Below the pieces are notes generated by a model. It saw only the letters and a list, made by a program, of their open reading frames with translations. It ran no database searches and was not told the DNA's origin. Source: Alphaproteobacteria bacterium (GTDB lineage Bacteria > Pseudomonadota > Alphaproteobacteria > GM7ARS4 > G965262615). Taken from it: a DNA stretch of 64,000 nucleotides. Positions 38,758 to 48,818 of the stretch are shown one piece after another. The position numbers were made by a program, and so were the translations under genes. The stretch is from positions 256,001 to 320,000 of the forward strand of contig OZ253545.1 in the NCBI GenBank assembly GCA_965262615.1, given 5' to 3'. Within the stretch, counting starts at the first letter, position 1. Each line of letters starts with the position of its first letter.

Positions 38758-39984
38758 GCTGCGTAGATAATACACAATAAATAACGCTGGCAGTGCCGCC
38801 ACCGCCGACACAATGAAAAAAGTATCCCACGCCACCCATGATGCCACATAACCACTGCCCGATGCCAACACGCTGCGTCCCACCATCGCCAATGAAGACA
38901 ACAACGCATAGTGACTCGCCGCCAGTGACACATCACACAAGCGCGACAAAAACGCCACAAACACCGCCGAGCCCATGCCTCCCGTCACATTTTCAATCAT
39001 CACCACCCAAAACAACACCGTCACATCGTGACCCGCCGCATAGAGCCAGACAAAAGCAAAATTAGACACCAATTGCAAAATTCCCGCCACCAACAACGCT
39101 CGCCCCAATGACCAGTGATAACTCATAAAAGCTCCCGCAATCGTTCCCGCTATCACTGCGCCCGTTCCCACAACCTTAGACACCAACGCCACCTCACTCG
39201 CCGAAAAAGAAAGGGCATAATAAAAAGGAAGAGTCATCACCCCCGCCACCGCATCTCCCAATTTATAAAGAGGAATAAAAAGCACAAACCACAGCATTTT
39301 TTCTTTCATCAACAGTGTGCGTAGACAATCAAGCCAAAAAACAAGCCCTTTGGAAGCAACCTTCACTTTCAAGGGACGCTCAGTTGGAGCACAAATTGTC
39401 ATCACCATGCACGGCAGCAAAGCCGCCGCCATCACGCCGTACACCATCTGCCATGACATCCATTCTGATAGTGCCAGTGCGCCCGCGCCCGCCATCAATA
39501 ATCCCAGCCGATAGCCCATCTGCAACACCGCCGCACCAACGCCCTGCTCAGACGGCGGCAACAACGCAATGCGATAGCCATCAATGGCAATGTCTTGAGA
39601 GGCGGAAAAAAATGACACAAGCAAAGCCAGCAGTGCCAACATCAATGGCTGTTCTGACGGATTCTGAAACCCCATCAGCACAATGACCGGCACCAATGCC
39701 CATTGACTCACGAGAATGAGTCCTCGCCTTTTCATTCTCAGAGACGCGCCGTGAGCATCAAAAAACGGCGCCCACAAAAATTTAATCGCATAAGGCAACG
39801 ACACCAACGAAAACAACCCAATGGATTGCAACGACACCCCTTGCGTTGATAGCCACCACGCCAAAGTAGACCCCGTCAACGCCAGCGGCAGTCCGCTGGC
39901 AAATCCAAGAACAAACAACGCCCCATATCGCCGTGTGCCCAACAGGCGGAGCGATGATGCCGCGTCATCCATCCATCGCCGCAT
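38737..39984 (-). CDS. ampG: AmpG family muropeptide MFS transporter
   Basis: LGFASGLPLAL, PYAIKFLWAPFFD, SASQDIAIDGYRI, YKLGD, HYALLSSL. Confidence 0.92.
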   Translation of the reverse strand: MRRWMDDAASSLRLLGTRRYGALFVLGFASGLPLALTGSTLAWWLSTQGVSLQSIGLFSLVSLPYAIKFLWAPFFDAHGASLRMKRRGLILVSQWALVPVIVLMGFQNPSEQPLMLALLALLVSFFSASQDIAIDGYRIALLPPSEQGVGAAVLQMGYRLGLLMAGAGALALSEWMSWQMVYGVMAAALLPCMVMTICAPTERPLKVKVASKGLVFWLDCLRTLLMKEKMLWFVLFIPLYKLGDAVAGVMTLPFYYALSFSASEVALVSKVVGTGAVIAGTIAGAFMSYHWSLGRALLVAGILQLVSNFAFVWLYAAGHDVTVLFWVVMIENVTGGMGSAVFVAFLSRLCDVSLAASHYALLSSLAMVGRSVLASGSGYVASWVAWDTFFIVSAVAALPALFIVYYLRSIPLLRK

Positions 39985-40976
39985 CAATGATCGCCTTGCA
40001 CAATCAGTTTTTGCAACGACTCTGCGGGTCGCCCGCCAATATGAGAAATGACCTCTTCCGCCGCCCATGCCCCCAAGTGACCACATTCCACCAGCGTTTT
40101 GTCATGAGCCAATCCCCATAAGAATCCTGCGGCATACAAATCTCCTGCGCCGGTCATATCCACCACGCCGGCGCGCGCATACGCCGCAATCTCATGACGC
40201 TCCTCGCCTTGCAAAATCACCGAGCCTTGCGCACTGCGTGTGCCAATCACCGTCTCACACAGTGAGAGCAGAAAATGCTCTTGGGTCTCTTGCTCCTTGC
40301 TGTCACACAAAGCCTCCGCCTCTCGCGCATTGGCAAAGACAATATCAACATGATTCTTCATAAAAGGAATGAGCGTATGACGATGCTCCATCACCAAGCC
40401 GCCATCGGACAAAGAAAACGCCACCCTGCCTCCCGCCGCCTTCACGCGCTGTGCCGCCTTGCTGAGCACTTTTTGTCCGTGAGGGCAGCTCCACAAATAA
40501 CCTTCCAAAAAAACAATGGCGGTGTCATCAAGCCACTGGTCATTGAGATCGCTGGGCTCTAATTCAGTGCTCGCCCCAAGAAATGTCTGCATGGTGCGTT
40601 CGGCATCCGGTGTCACGGCAATCAGACAGTGTGCCGTTTCAGCCCCCTCTTGTGCCTGCGGTGTCTCATAGCACACCCCCATGGCGCGAATGGAGCTCAC
40701 AAATTCATCCCCCCAATGATCCTTTTTCACCCGTCCGATAAACGCCGCCGAGCCTCCCAGTGATGCCACTCCCACCGATGTATTCGCCGCCGAGCCGCCA
40801 CACACACATTCTTGCACCCGCAAAGAAGACACCACATCTTGCGCCACCGGCTGCGTCACAAGAGTCATTCCGCCCTTGACTAATTGATGCTGCAACAAAA
40901 AATCATCCTCCACCGCCACCAAAACATCCACCACGGCATTGCCAATGGCAAGCACATCAAATTCTTTACGCGCCAT
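39984..40976 (-). CDS. PfkB family carbohydrate/adenosine kinase
   Basis: IGNAVVD, GGSAANT, ERTMQTFLGA, DMTGAGDLYAAGFL. Confidence 0.92.
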   Translation of the reverse strand: MARKEFDVLAIGNAVVDVLVAVEDDFLLQHQLVKGGMTLVTQPVAQDVVSSLRVQECVCGGSAANTSVGVASLGGSAAFIGRVKKDHWGDEFVSSIRAMGVCYETPQAQEGAETAHCLIAVTPDAERTMQTFLGASTELEPSDLNDQWLDDTAIVFLEGYLWSCPHGQKVLSKAAQRVKAAGGRVAFSLSDGGLVMEHRHTLIPFMKNHVDIVFANAREAEALCDSKEQETQEHFLLSLCETVIGTRSAQGSVILQGEERHEIAAYARAGVVDMTGAGDLYAAGFLWGLAHDKTLVECGHLGAWAAEEVISHIGGRPAESLQKLIVQGDH

Positions 40977-41616
40977 TTTTTCCCTCCCATGAACATAAAT
41001 CATAAATCACACATCCCTCACACAACGGATTGCGCGCTTTGCAGCGATAGCGTCCGTGCAAAATCAACCAGTGATGGCAGTGCCGCAACGCCCACGATGG
41101 CACCACCTCCATCAATTGCTTCTCCACCGCATCAGGTGTCTTTGCCGATGCCAGCCCCAAGCGATGAGACACCCTAAATAAATGAGTATCCACCGCAATG
41201 GTGGGCTGTCCAAACGCCGTGTTGAGAACCACATTGGCAGTCTTGCGTCCCACACCCGCCAGACTCACCAATTCCGCCTCACTGGCAGGAACTTCTCCCG
41301 CAAAGTCATCCACCAACTGCTGACTCAGTGTCATGATGTTGCGCGCCTTATTACGATACAATCCAATGGTTTTAATGTGATCAATCAAGCCCGCCTCTCC
41401 CAGTGCCAGCATTTGCTCGGGACTGTGCACCTTGGCAAATAATCCCTCCGTTGCCTTATTGACTCCCTTATCGGTCGCCTGTGCCGACAGCACCACCGCT
41501 ACCAATAATGTGTAGCTGTTGCTATAGTTCAGCTCTCCTTTGGGCTCTGGCGTGACCTCGGCAAAGCGGCGAAACATTTCCTCAATGGTGTCGCTGTTTG
41601 GTGGCGTGGTATTCAT
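40966..41616 (-). CDS. nth: Endonuclease III
   Basis: LSAQATDKGVN, LAGVGRKTANVV, AVDTHLFRV, CKARNPLCEGCVIYDLC Fe-S motif. Confidence 0.97.
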   Translation of the reverse strand: MNTTPPNSDTIEEMFRRFAEVTPEPKGELNYSNSYTLLVAVVLSAQATDKGVNKATEGLFAKVHSPEQMLALGEAGLIDHIKTIGLYRNKARNIMTLSQQLVDDFAGEVPASEAELVSLAGVGRKTANVVLNTAFGQPTIAVDTHLFRVSHRLGLASAKTPDAVEKQLMEVVPSWALRHCHHWLILHGRYRCKARNPLCEGCVIYDLCSWEGKNGA

Positions 41617-41659
41617 CGTCTCCTCATAGCAACCCTCACATCGAAAAAACACCCTTATC

Positions 41660-42559
41660 ATGAAAAAACAGGTGGGCATACAGGAAATCGGATGGCTGAT
41701 TGTGCTCTCCATGATTTGGGGCTCTTCGTTCAGCCTGATCAAAGGGGCGGTGTCATGGATGCCTCCTCTTTTGCTGGTGAGCGGACGGCTCGCCATCGCC
41801 GCGCTGATTTTCATCGTTATTTTTGCTCACATGACCATGCCTCGTCATCATTGGCGGCAATACGGTCATGGCTATGTCGTCATTGGAGCGTTTGGCAATG
41901 TGATTCCGTTCACGCTGGTGGGCTGGAGTGAACAAGTGATGGACAGCGCACTTGCCGCCATCATTGTGGGACTCATGCCCTTCTTCACCCTTCTGTTCAC
42001 CCACCTCATGACTCGTGACGAACGCCTCTCCCGCCGCCGCCTGTTGGGCATCATGTTGGGACTTCTGGGCATTGCTCTGTTACAAGGATTTGAACTCACC
42101 CTTCGCATGGGCAGTTCCGCCGCCCTGCTCGCCATGGTGACATCCACCATCAGCTACGGCTTTGCCGCCGCCTATGCGCGCCGTTGTGATGGTCACAATG
42201 CCCTTATTTTGGCGGGCTATTCCATCATTGTGGGTTTTTTGCTCTGCCTGCCGTTTGCCCTCTATCATCACTGGCACTGGCTCATGACGCCGCGCCCTTT
42301 TGATATCAATGCCACCCTCGCCGTTGTGCTGTTGGGTGTGGTCAACACCGCCCTGGGAGGCTTGATATTTTTTCGTATCGTGTTTCGCTCAGGTGCGCTG
42401 TTTGCCAGTGCGTCCAACTATGTGATGCCTCTGTTTGGCGTGAGCTTTGGTGTCATTTTTTGGAACGAAACGCTCGGCATCAATGCCATTGTCGCCATGA
42501 TTTTCATCATGCTGGGCTGTTTCTGCCTTGCGCCGCCACGAAAAAAGTCACGCTTCTAA
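41660..42559 (+). CDS. DMT/EamA family transporter
   Basis: IWGSSF, about ten hydrophobic helices, duplicated EamA pattern. Confidence 0.88.
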   Translation: MKKQVGIQEIGWLIVLSMIWGSSFSLIKGAVSWMPPLLLVSGRLAIAALIFIVIFAHMTMPRHHWRQYGHGYVVIGAFGNVIPFTLVGWSEQVMDSALAAIIVGLMPFFTLLFTHLMTRDERLSRRRLLGIMLGLLGIALLQGFELTLRMGSSAALLAMVTSTISYGFAAAYARRCDGHNALILAGYSIIVGFLLCLPFALYHHWHWLMTPRPFDINATLAVVLLGVVNTALGGLIFFRIVFRSGALFASASNYVMPLFGVSFGVIFWNETLGINAIVAMIFIMLGCFCLAPPRKKSRF

Positions 42560-42567
42560 TCACGCTT

Positions 42568-43125
42568 CTAGGGAGCCGGCACAATCTCTATCATGCCCGA
42601 TTGCGCAATGCCATCGTCAGTGTCACTGGCGATTTGATTCTCCTGCCCCGTTGCCCGCAGCAGTGTCTCCGTCCATTCAATAAAGCATTGACGAGCATCA
42701 TCCCACGCCAGTTCAGCCACGCGAACCGCCCGTGACACATACGCCTCCTCATCCACAATTTGCGCCGAACGACTGATAGAAGACACACAATTTCCAAACT
42801 TCCCATGCAATGCTTTCAGCGACTCCGATGAACTCAAGGACGCAGGCAAAGGCTCACTGTCACTCAATTGCTCCAATTTATCAGCCAATAATTCCTCCGC
42901 TTCAATAAATTGTTCCTCATCCAACACATCCTTATTCACCATAAACCCTTCCAGCAACCGCCCCTGCAAAATAATCGCCTGCCCCAACAGATTAGACCGT
43001 TCGGCAATCCATTCGTTGTATTGCATGGCTTCGGATGACGAGATATCGCCGTCACACGAGACCAGACCCAGCGAGGTCATCACCATCACCGCCGACACAA
43101 TCCAACTGCTCACCGTTTTTCTCAT
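42568..43125 (-). CDS. Hypothetical lipoprotein
   Basis: MRKTVSSWIVSAVMVMTSLGLVSC lipobox-like signal; acidic helical body. Confidence 0.7.
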   Translation of the reverse strand: MRKTVSSWIVSAVMVMTSLGLVSCDGDISSSEAMQYNEWIAERSNLLGQAIILQGRLLEGFMVNKDVLDEEQFIEAEELLADKLEQLSDSEPLPASLSSSESLKALHGKFGNCVSSISRSAQIVDEEAYVSRAVRVAELAWDDARQCFIEWTETLLRATGQENQIASDTDDGIAQSGMIEIVPAP

Positions 43126-43145
43126 GACTTTATGCCATCTAACAC

Positions 43146-43174
43146 TTGCAAGAAAAAATAACAACCTCTACAAT
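43146..43174 (+). promoter_or_regulatory. Putative sigma70 promoter of first SRPBCC gene
   Basis: TTGCAA-17bp-TACAAT. Confidence 0.55.
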
Positions 43175-43213
43175 GAAAAGACTGTGAACCAATTCATGCA
43201 GAGGATTACAAAG

Positions 43214-43687
43214 ATGGAAATGGTGAGAAAACAACGCAACGCTCTGTGGTTGTGCCTGTTGTTGCTGGTGGGCTGTGAACGAGGGGGCGATTTGAGCGTG
43301 GTTGAAAAAACCATCGTGGATGCCACCCCCGGGCAAACCTGGGCAATCATTGGTGATTTTAATGATATGGAGCGGTGGCATCCTGCTGTGGTGCGCACCG
43401 AAATCTTGGATGATGGATTCTCCCGCATCCTTTATCTGGAGGATGGCGGCGAACTGAGAGAGAAACTCTTGGATTACACAGACGGGGTCTCCTATCGTTA
43501 TAAAATATTGAGTGGTCCCCTGCCTGTGGAAAATTATGTCTCCACTCTGTCGGTAGAACCAACCCAAGATGGACGCACTCGCATCACTTGGGAAGCCAAT
43601 TTTGATCCCACCGAGGGAACGGCGAATTCCGAAGCACAGGAAATCGTCCGCCGCGTCTATCGTGCCGGATTGGATCGCCTGCGCTGA
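43214..43687 (+). CDS. SRPBCC/polyketide cyclase-like (MxaD-like) lipoprotein, copy 1
   Basis: LLLVGC lipobox; WAIIGDFNDMERWHPAV, YKILSGPLPVENYVSTL. Confidence 0.85.
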   Translation: MEMVRKQRNALWLCLLLLVGCERGGDLSVVEKTIVDATPGQTWAIIGDFNDMERWHPAVVRTEILDDGFSRILYLEDGGELREKLLDYTDGVSYRYKILSGPLPVENYVSTLSVEPTQDGRTRITWEANFDPTEGTANSEAQEIVRRVYRAGLDRLR

Positions 43688-43781
43688 AGAGTTGTGAATA
43701 GGGTGTCAACATCTTAAATTTAGGTTTTGAAAAGTCTCTGTTCTATTAGATTGTATCAAAGATATTCTAACAGATTGTCTT

Positions 43782-44004
43782 GACCCTTGCAAAAAAGGCA
43801 GTTTTGAAGTGGGGTGTCGCCTCTTTCTGACGCGACCCAATAATAAAGGAAGTCATGATGATGATATTCTTTGGAAAATACACTCTTCTCGCTACCTTTT
43901 CCCTGCTGAGCGTTGATGTAACAGAGACCATAGAAGCTTTAATGTCATCTCGTCATTAAATCGTCCGCCGCGTCTATCGTGCCGGATTGGATCGCCTGTG
44001 CTGA
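43782..44004 (+). pseudogene. Decayed third SRPBCC copy
   Basis: 43782-43950 resembles promoter, RBS and 5' end of copy 2; ~43958-44004 is near-identical to the last ~47 bp of copy 1. Confidence 0.75.
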
Positions 44005-44011
44005 TTAACCC

Positions 44012-44040
44012 TTGCAAAAAAAGCAAATGTGAGGTATAAC
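44012..44040 (+). promoter_or_regulatory. Putative sigma70 promoter of second SRPBCC gene
   Basis: TTGCAA-17bp-TATAAC; downstream RBS TAAGGAGG. Confidence 0.65.
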
Positions 44041-44082
44041 CGTTCATCTTTTTCAACTTGACCCAATCGTAAGGAGGTCGCG

Positions 44083-44559
44083 ATGATGTTTTCTAAGTTT
44101 TCTAATAAATATGCTCTTTTGGCTGTCTTTTCCTTGCTGCTGGCATCTTGCGGCAGCGATAGCTCTGTCTCTGTGACAGAAACTCAAGAAGTTTCCATGT
44201 CACCCAGCCAGGTGTGGGAACAGATTGGTGCTTTTAATGATATGGGACGATGGCATCCCGCCGTTGCCCGCACCGACATGTCGCCAGATGGCTCGGTGCG
44301 CACCCTGGTCCTCCAAGACGGAGGGACAATCAACGAACGCCTTGTGGATTACAGTGACGGCAGCTTCTACAAATACGAAATCCTTGATGGCGTGTTGCCC
44401 GTGATGAACTATGTCTCCACCATTGCCATTGAGCCCAGCAACAACGGAACGATGGTGACATGGAGCTCCACCTTTAATCCTGCCGAAGGAGTCACCGCAG
44501 ATAAAGCTGAGGAAGTTGTTCGCGGTGTCTATCGTGGGGGGTTGAATAACATTCGCTGA
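44083..44559 (+). CDS. SRPBCC/polyketide cyclase-like (MxaD-like) lipoprotein, copy 2
   Basis: LLASC lipobox; WEQIGAFNDMGRWHPAV, LPVMNYVSTI. Confidence 0.87.
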   Translation: MMFSKFSNKYALLAVFSLLLASCGSDSSVSVTETQEVSMSPSQVWEQIGAFNDMGRWHPAVARTDMSPDGSVRTLVLQDGGTINERLVDYSDGSFYKYEILDGVLPVMNYVSTIAIEPSNNGTMVTWSSTFNPAEGVTADKAEEVVRGVYRGGLNNIR

Positions 44560-44573
44560 TTGCTTCATCTCAA

Positions 44574-45797
44574 TCATCCCAAAGGCATAAATGAAACCAA
44601 AACGCCTCGCCCTTGCGGCGGGGCGTTTTTTTCGTGGCGAATCAAAACATCCGATAACGACATCAACCGTAGCATGGCACTGTCCTGCCCTCTGTAAGGA
44701 AAAAGCCAGCTGCGCCCCTTTGAGTCATGACGCAATCGCCCTCGTAGGAAAGCCAGCCTTTTGCCGTTGCTGGGCAAATCTCGTCCCAATTGTCCTTGTG
44801 ACCATGTCCTCGCTTTGCATCCTTGAGCCGCCGCCAGCATGGGCAACAAAAAAACACAAGCTCCCACCATCGCCGAGACCGGGTTGCCCGGCAGTGCCAC
44901 CAATGGCTTGCCGTGAATTCTCATAAAACTCAATGGCTTGCCGGGGCGCACCGCCACCCCAGAAAAAAGACACTCAATGGCAGAATCATGCCGGCACAAC
45001 CATGCCATCACATCATGCGCCCCTTGAGACACGCCCCCCGTGGTGACGAGAATGGACGCATCACTGCGCGCCATCTCGTCCAAACGCTTGCGCAATTCAT
45101 CAGGGTCATCAGGGACAATGCCCCAGTCGCGCGGCGCACTTCCATGAGCCCGCATCATCGCCATGATGCCATACAAACTGGACGGTGTCACAATGGGACG
45201 CTGAGGGTCACGCTCATGCACAGCGCGCGCATCGTGAGGCTGTAGCAATTCATCCCCAGTCGCCAAACACGCAATGACGGGCTTTGTTCTCACAGACACG
45301 CCGTCATGCCCCGCCGCCGCCGCCAACGCTATATCATAACTGGTCAAACACCTGCCCGCACGCAAGACAATTGCTCCCTCTTTGAAATCCAATCCCCGCT
45401 GCCGCACAAAACACCCACGCCGCCAGTAAGAAGCCGATGGCGTGAGATGAACCATGCCATCATGCGCCACAGAATCCTCAATGGGAATGACACTATCGCT
45501 GCCTGCGGGCATCACGCCTCCCGTGTAAATGCGCGCCGCCTGACCCCCATCAAGCGAGCCGTTCCAGCGTTGCCCTGCGGCAATCTCACCCACCTGCGTT
45601 ACCGTGAACGAACCTTGCTGTTGATGGGCAAGAGCGTAGCCATCCATCGCCGACACATCGGCAAACGGATGATGCCAGCGCGCACACACATCAGATGCCA
45701 AAACACGACCCTCGCTCTCATGCAATGGCACATCTTCCGTGTCGCTTGCGGGCATAGAGGGAATCATCTGTGCGAGGGCATCTTCATAGTCAATCAT
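44574..45797 (-). CDS. moeA: Molybdopterin molybdotransferase
   Basis: SAMDGYA, RIYTGG, LATGDEL, TTGGVS, RPGKP, LPGNPVSA. Confidence 0.95.
   Translation of the reverse strand: MIDYEDALAQMIPSMPASDTEDVPLHESEGRVLASDVCARWHHPFADVSAMDGYALAHQQQGSFTVTQVGEIAAGQRWNGSLDGGQAARIYTGGVMPAGSDSVIPIEDSVAHDGMVHLTPSASYWRRGCFVRQRGLDFKEGAIVLRAGRCLTSYDIALAAAAGHDGVSVRTKPVIACLATGDELLQPHDARAVHERDPQRPIVTPSSLYGIMAMMRAHGSAPRDWGIVPDDPDELRKRLDEMARSDASILVTTGGVSQGAHDVMAWLCRHDSAIECLFSGVAVRPGKPLSFMRIHGKPLVALPGNPVSAMVGACVFLLPMLAAAQGCKARTWSQGQLGRDLPSNGKRLAFLRGRLRHDSKGRSWLFPYRGQDSAMLRLMSLSDVLIRHEKNAPPQGRGVLVSFMPLG
44599..44632 (+). terminator. Intrinsic terminator after SRPBCC copy 2, embedded antisense in moeA 3' end
   Basis: AAAACGCCTCGCC-CTTGC-GGCGGGGCGTTTT hairpin followed by a T run. 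Confidence 0.6.
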
Positions 45798-46254
45798 GAT
45801 GCCGCCGCCATGTTCCTGAGCGTCCGCCTTCTTTGGACACCAATTGCACATCGGTCACCGTCATGGAGCGATCCATGGATTTGCACATATCGTACACGGT
45901 CAAACACGCCGCCATCACCGCCGTCAGAGCCTCCATCTCAACGCCTGTGCGTCCATGATTTTTCACCGTCACCGTCACGCACAAATGACCATCCGACTCA
46001 AAATCACACGCCACATCAACCGACGACAGACCGATGGGATGGCACAACGGAACAATGGATGGTGTGTGTTTTGCCGCCATAATCGCCGCCACCTGTGCCA
46101 GCTGCAACACATCACCCTTGTCAATGCGTCCCGCAAGAATGGCTTGCTTGGTGCTGGCGAGCATCACCACCCGCCCCGATGCCGTTGCGGCGCGCCGCGT
46201 CTCTTTTTTGTCACCCACATCAATCATCCGAGAGGCTTTAGCCATCACATTCAA
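45790..46254 (-). CDS. moaC: Cyclic pyranopterin monophosphate synthase
   Basis: MIDVGDK, KGDVL, VPLCHPI, TGVEMEALT, YDMCKS. Confidence 0.96.
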   Translation of the reverse strand: MNVMAKASRMIDVGDKKETRRAATASGRVVMLASTKQAILAGRIDKGDVLQLAQVAAIMAAKHTPSIVPLCHPIGLSSVDVACDFESDGHLCVTVTVKNHGRTGVEMEALTAVMAACLTVYDMCKSMDRSMTVTDVQLVSKEGGRSGTWRRHHD

Positions 46255-47035
46255 TCCATTTCTTCAATTCGTTCCCCGGATGGGATGCCCGCATCAATTG
46301 CTCTCCCATGAGAAACATGCTCACTGACGCTTGCCGATAGCGCAAAAAGGTCTCTGTGTCTTTGATGCCACTCTCCGCCACCGCCAAGCGACCCTTCGGC
46401 AAGCATCCGTGAAGTCGCAAAGCCTCTTCATGATCAATGGTAAGATCGCGCAAATTGCGGCTGTTAACACCAATAAGGGCATCCTCAATGGACAAGGCTT
46501 GACGCAATTCCTCTTCATCATGAGCCTCTGCCAACACAGTCAGCTGCAAACGGCGAGCCACCGCCGCCAGTGTCGCGCTCTCTTTTGGCGACAGTGCCGC
46601 CATGATGAGCAAAATGGCATCCGCTCCACACGCACGAGATTCATACAATTGCCACTCATCCATGATGAAGTCTTTGCGTAAAATAGGAATTGAGCTGTTT
46701 TTTTTGGCAGCACTGAGATCATCAAGCGAGCCGCCAAACCATTGTTCTTCGGTCAAAACCGACAGGGCAGCCGCTCCCGCCCGTTCATACTGATGAGCGA
46801 TTTGAATGGTGTCATGATTCATGGCAAACTGTCCCGCACTGGGAGATGCCTTCTTAATCTCGGCAATGATGGCAAAACCTCGTTGCTTCACGCTCTTTTG
46901 CAACGAAGACACAAACGAGCGCGGCGGTAGCGATTGCATCGCTCGCCGCTTCATCTCATCAAGAGAACATTGTTGTTTGCTCTTCATGACCGACTGGCGG
47001 CGCGCCGTCATAATGCGTGTGAGAACATCACTCAT
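46238..47035 (-). CDS. trpC: Indole-3-glycerol phosphate synthase
   Basis: IAEIKKASPS, LSVLTE, PILRKDF, GVNSRNL, VAESGI. Confidence 0.96.
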   Translation of the reverse strand: MSDVLTRIMTARRQSVMKSKQQCSLDEMKRRAMQSLPPRSFVSSLQKSVKQRGFAIIAEIKKASPSAGQFAMNHDTIQIAHQYERAGAAALSVLTEEQWFGGSLDDLSAAKKNSSIPILRKDFIMDEWQLYESRACGADAILLIMAALSPKESATLAAVARRLQLTVLAEAHDEEELRQALSIEDALIGVNSRNLRDLTIDHEEALRLHGCLPKGRLAVAESGIKDTETFLRYRQASVSMFLMGEQLMRASHPGNELKKWIECDG

Positions 47036-47235
47036 GGCTCATGTGACAATAACGATGCAACACCTGCAAGGCTGTGCCTTCGTGCAGTGTTTAGAGCATT
47101 GTTGTTTGCTCTTCATGACCGATTGGCGGCGCGCCGTCATAATCCGTGTGAGAACATCACTCATGGCTCATCACTCATGGCTCATGCGACAATAGCGATG
47201 CAACACCTGCAAGGCTGTGCCTTCGTGCAGTGTTT
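46968..47235. repeat. ~129-bp tandem duplication of the trpD/trpC junction with nested 14-bp duplication
   Basis: 46968-47092 repeated at 47097-47235 with a few substitutions; TCACTCATGGCTCA doubled near 47157-47184. Confidence 0.95.
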
Positions 47236-48193
47236 GTTGTGCGTGATCAAAGGCGGTGGCAAGGTCATCGTGACGACCACTCACCACCGCCATCGCCGCA
47301 CCATTCAAAGCCACCGCCGATGCCAGCGATGAATTCTTGCCTTGCAAAACGCCTTCCATCAATCGTGCATTGTCATCGCCAGAGCCGCCCCCCAAATCAC
47401 TGGGGGCATGGCTTTTTATTCCCAAAGCCGATGGCTCAATGCACTCCTCAGTCAATGTGCCATCTTCGTGCAGAACGGTGACCTGTGTGGGCGCGTGGGA
47501 GACGATTTCATCGTAGCCGTCTCCATGAACCACCCATATTTTTTTGCCTCCCAAGCGTTTGAATGTGGAAGCCATTGTGGCGCGCCATGCATCATCAAAG
47601 ACTCCCATGAGGGCGATTTTGTTTTGTGCCGGATTGGCAAGAGGCCCCGCCATGTTAAAAATTGTTCGCACCGCCAGAGCCCGCCGCACTGCCGCCACAT
47701 GCTTCATTGCTCCGTGATACAATGGCGCCCACAAAAAACAAAAGCCACATTCGCGCAAGGATTTTTGCATCACATCAGCCTCCGCCTCAATGTTTGCGCC
47801 CAGTTTCTCCAAGACATCTGCCGACCCAGCTCGCGATGACACCGCCCGATTGCCATGCTTGACCACCTTCATTCCCATCGCTGCCCCCAGCAGTGCCGCC
47901 GCCGTTGATATATTGAAGCTGCCCTTGCCATCGCCTCCCGTGCCGCAATTATCAATCACATCATCATGGGCGGCAAACGGACGCATCACCTGACGCATCG
48001 CCGTCACCAGCAACGGCAGAGCTCGCGCTTCCGCGTCCCGTGCCATCAGCAATGCAAGCAATGCCGCCACCACCGCATCATCGGCATCGCCCGCCATCAT
48101 CTCATTGAATGCCGCCTCATAGAGGTCATCAGAGACCTCGTTGCCGTTCCACAATTGACTGACAACCTGATCCACATCCCTCTCAGCCGCCAT
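47171..48193 (-). CDS. trpD: Anthranilate phosphoribosyltransferase
   Basis: CGTGGDG, FNISTAA, KHGNRAVSSRAGSADVLE, RTIFNMAGPLANP. Confidence 0.97.
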   Translation of the reverse strand: MAAERDVDQVVSQLWNGNEVSDDLYEAAFNEMMAGDADDAVVAALLALLMARDAEARALPLLVTAMRQVMRPFAAHDDVIDNCGTGGDGKGSFNISTAAALLGAAMGMKVVKHGNRAVSSRAGSADVLEKLGANIEAEADVMQKSLRECGFCFLWAPLYHGAMKHVAAVRRALAVRTIFNMAGPLANPAQNKIALMGVFDDAWRATMASTFKRLGGKKIWVVHGDGYDEIVSHAPTQVTVLHEDGTLTEECIEPSALGIKSHAPSDLGGGSGDDNARLMEGVLQGKNSSLASAVALNGAAMAVVSGRHDDLATAFDHAQQTLHEGTALQVLHRYCRMSHE

Positions 48194-48758
48194 GACACAC
48201 CTCCAAAAACTGACGCAAAATATCATGACCATGCCTCGTGGCAATGCTTTCCGGATGAAACTGCACGCCATAAAACGGCAACTCCTTGTGAGTCATTGCC
48301 ATAATCATGCCATCATCCTCACTGACGGCATCAATGGTGAAACAATCGGGCAGGGATGCCGCCTCCACCACCAGCGAATGATAGCGCGCCGCCGCAAATG
48401 GATTGGGCAATTCCCGCAATAAATGATCTCCCTCATGACGAATGGTGCTCACCTTGCCATGCATGGGATTGGCGCGCACAACGCGTCCGCCAAACGCCTG
48501 ACCCAACGCCTGATGCCCCAAACACACACCCAGCAACGGAATCCCCTGTGTGCAATTGGCTTTAATCAAATCCAAGCAGATGCCCGACTCATTGGGCGTG
48601 CAGGGACCAGGGGACAGCACGATGCTTTGAGCGCGCGCCAGTGCGTCATCAACCGATATGGCATCATTGCGCACCACATCAAAAGACACCCCCAACTCGC
48701 CCATGTAGTGAACAAGGTTAAAGGTGAAACTATCATAATTATCAATCAACAGATGCAT
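48183..48758 (-). CDS. trpG: Anthranilate synthase component II (glutamine amidotransferase)
   Basis: [38 protein letters not shown]. Confidence 0.93.
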   Translation of the reverse strand: MHLLIDNYDSFTFNLVHYMGELGVSFDVVRNDAISVDDALARAQSIVLSPGPCTPNESGICLDLIKANCTQGIPLLGVCLGHQALGQAFGGRVVRANPMHGKVSTIRHEGDHLLRELPNPFAAARYHSLVVEAASLPDCFTIDAVSEDDGMIMAMTHKELPFYGVQFHPESIATRHGHDILRQFLEVCHGG

Positions 48759-48818
48759 TCTCGCCCCTTCACACAAAATGATAGCACGAAGACATCTTTT
48801 ATGCTACGATGCTCAGTG

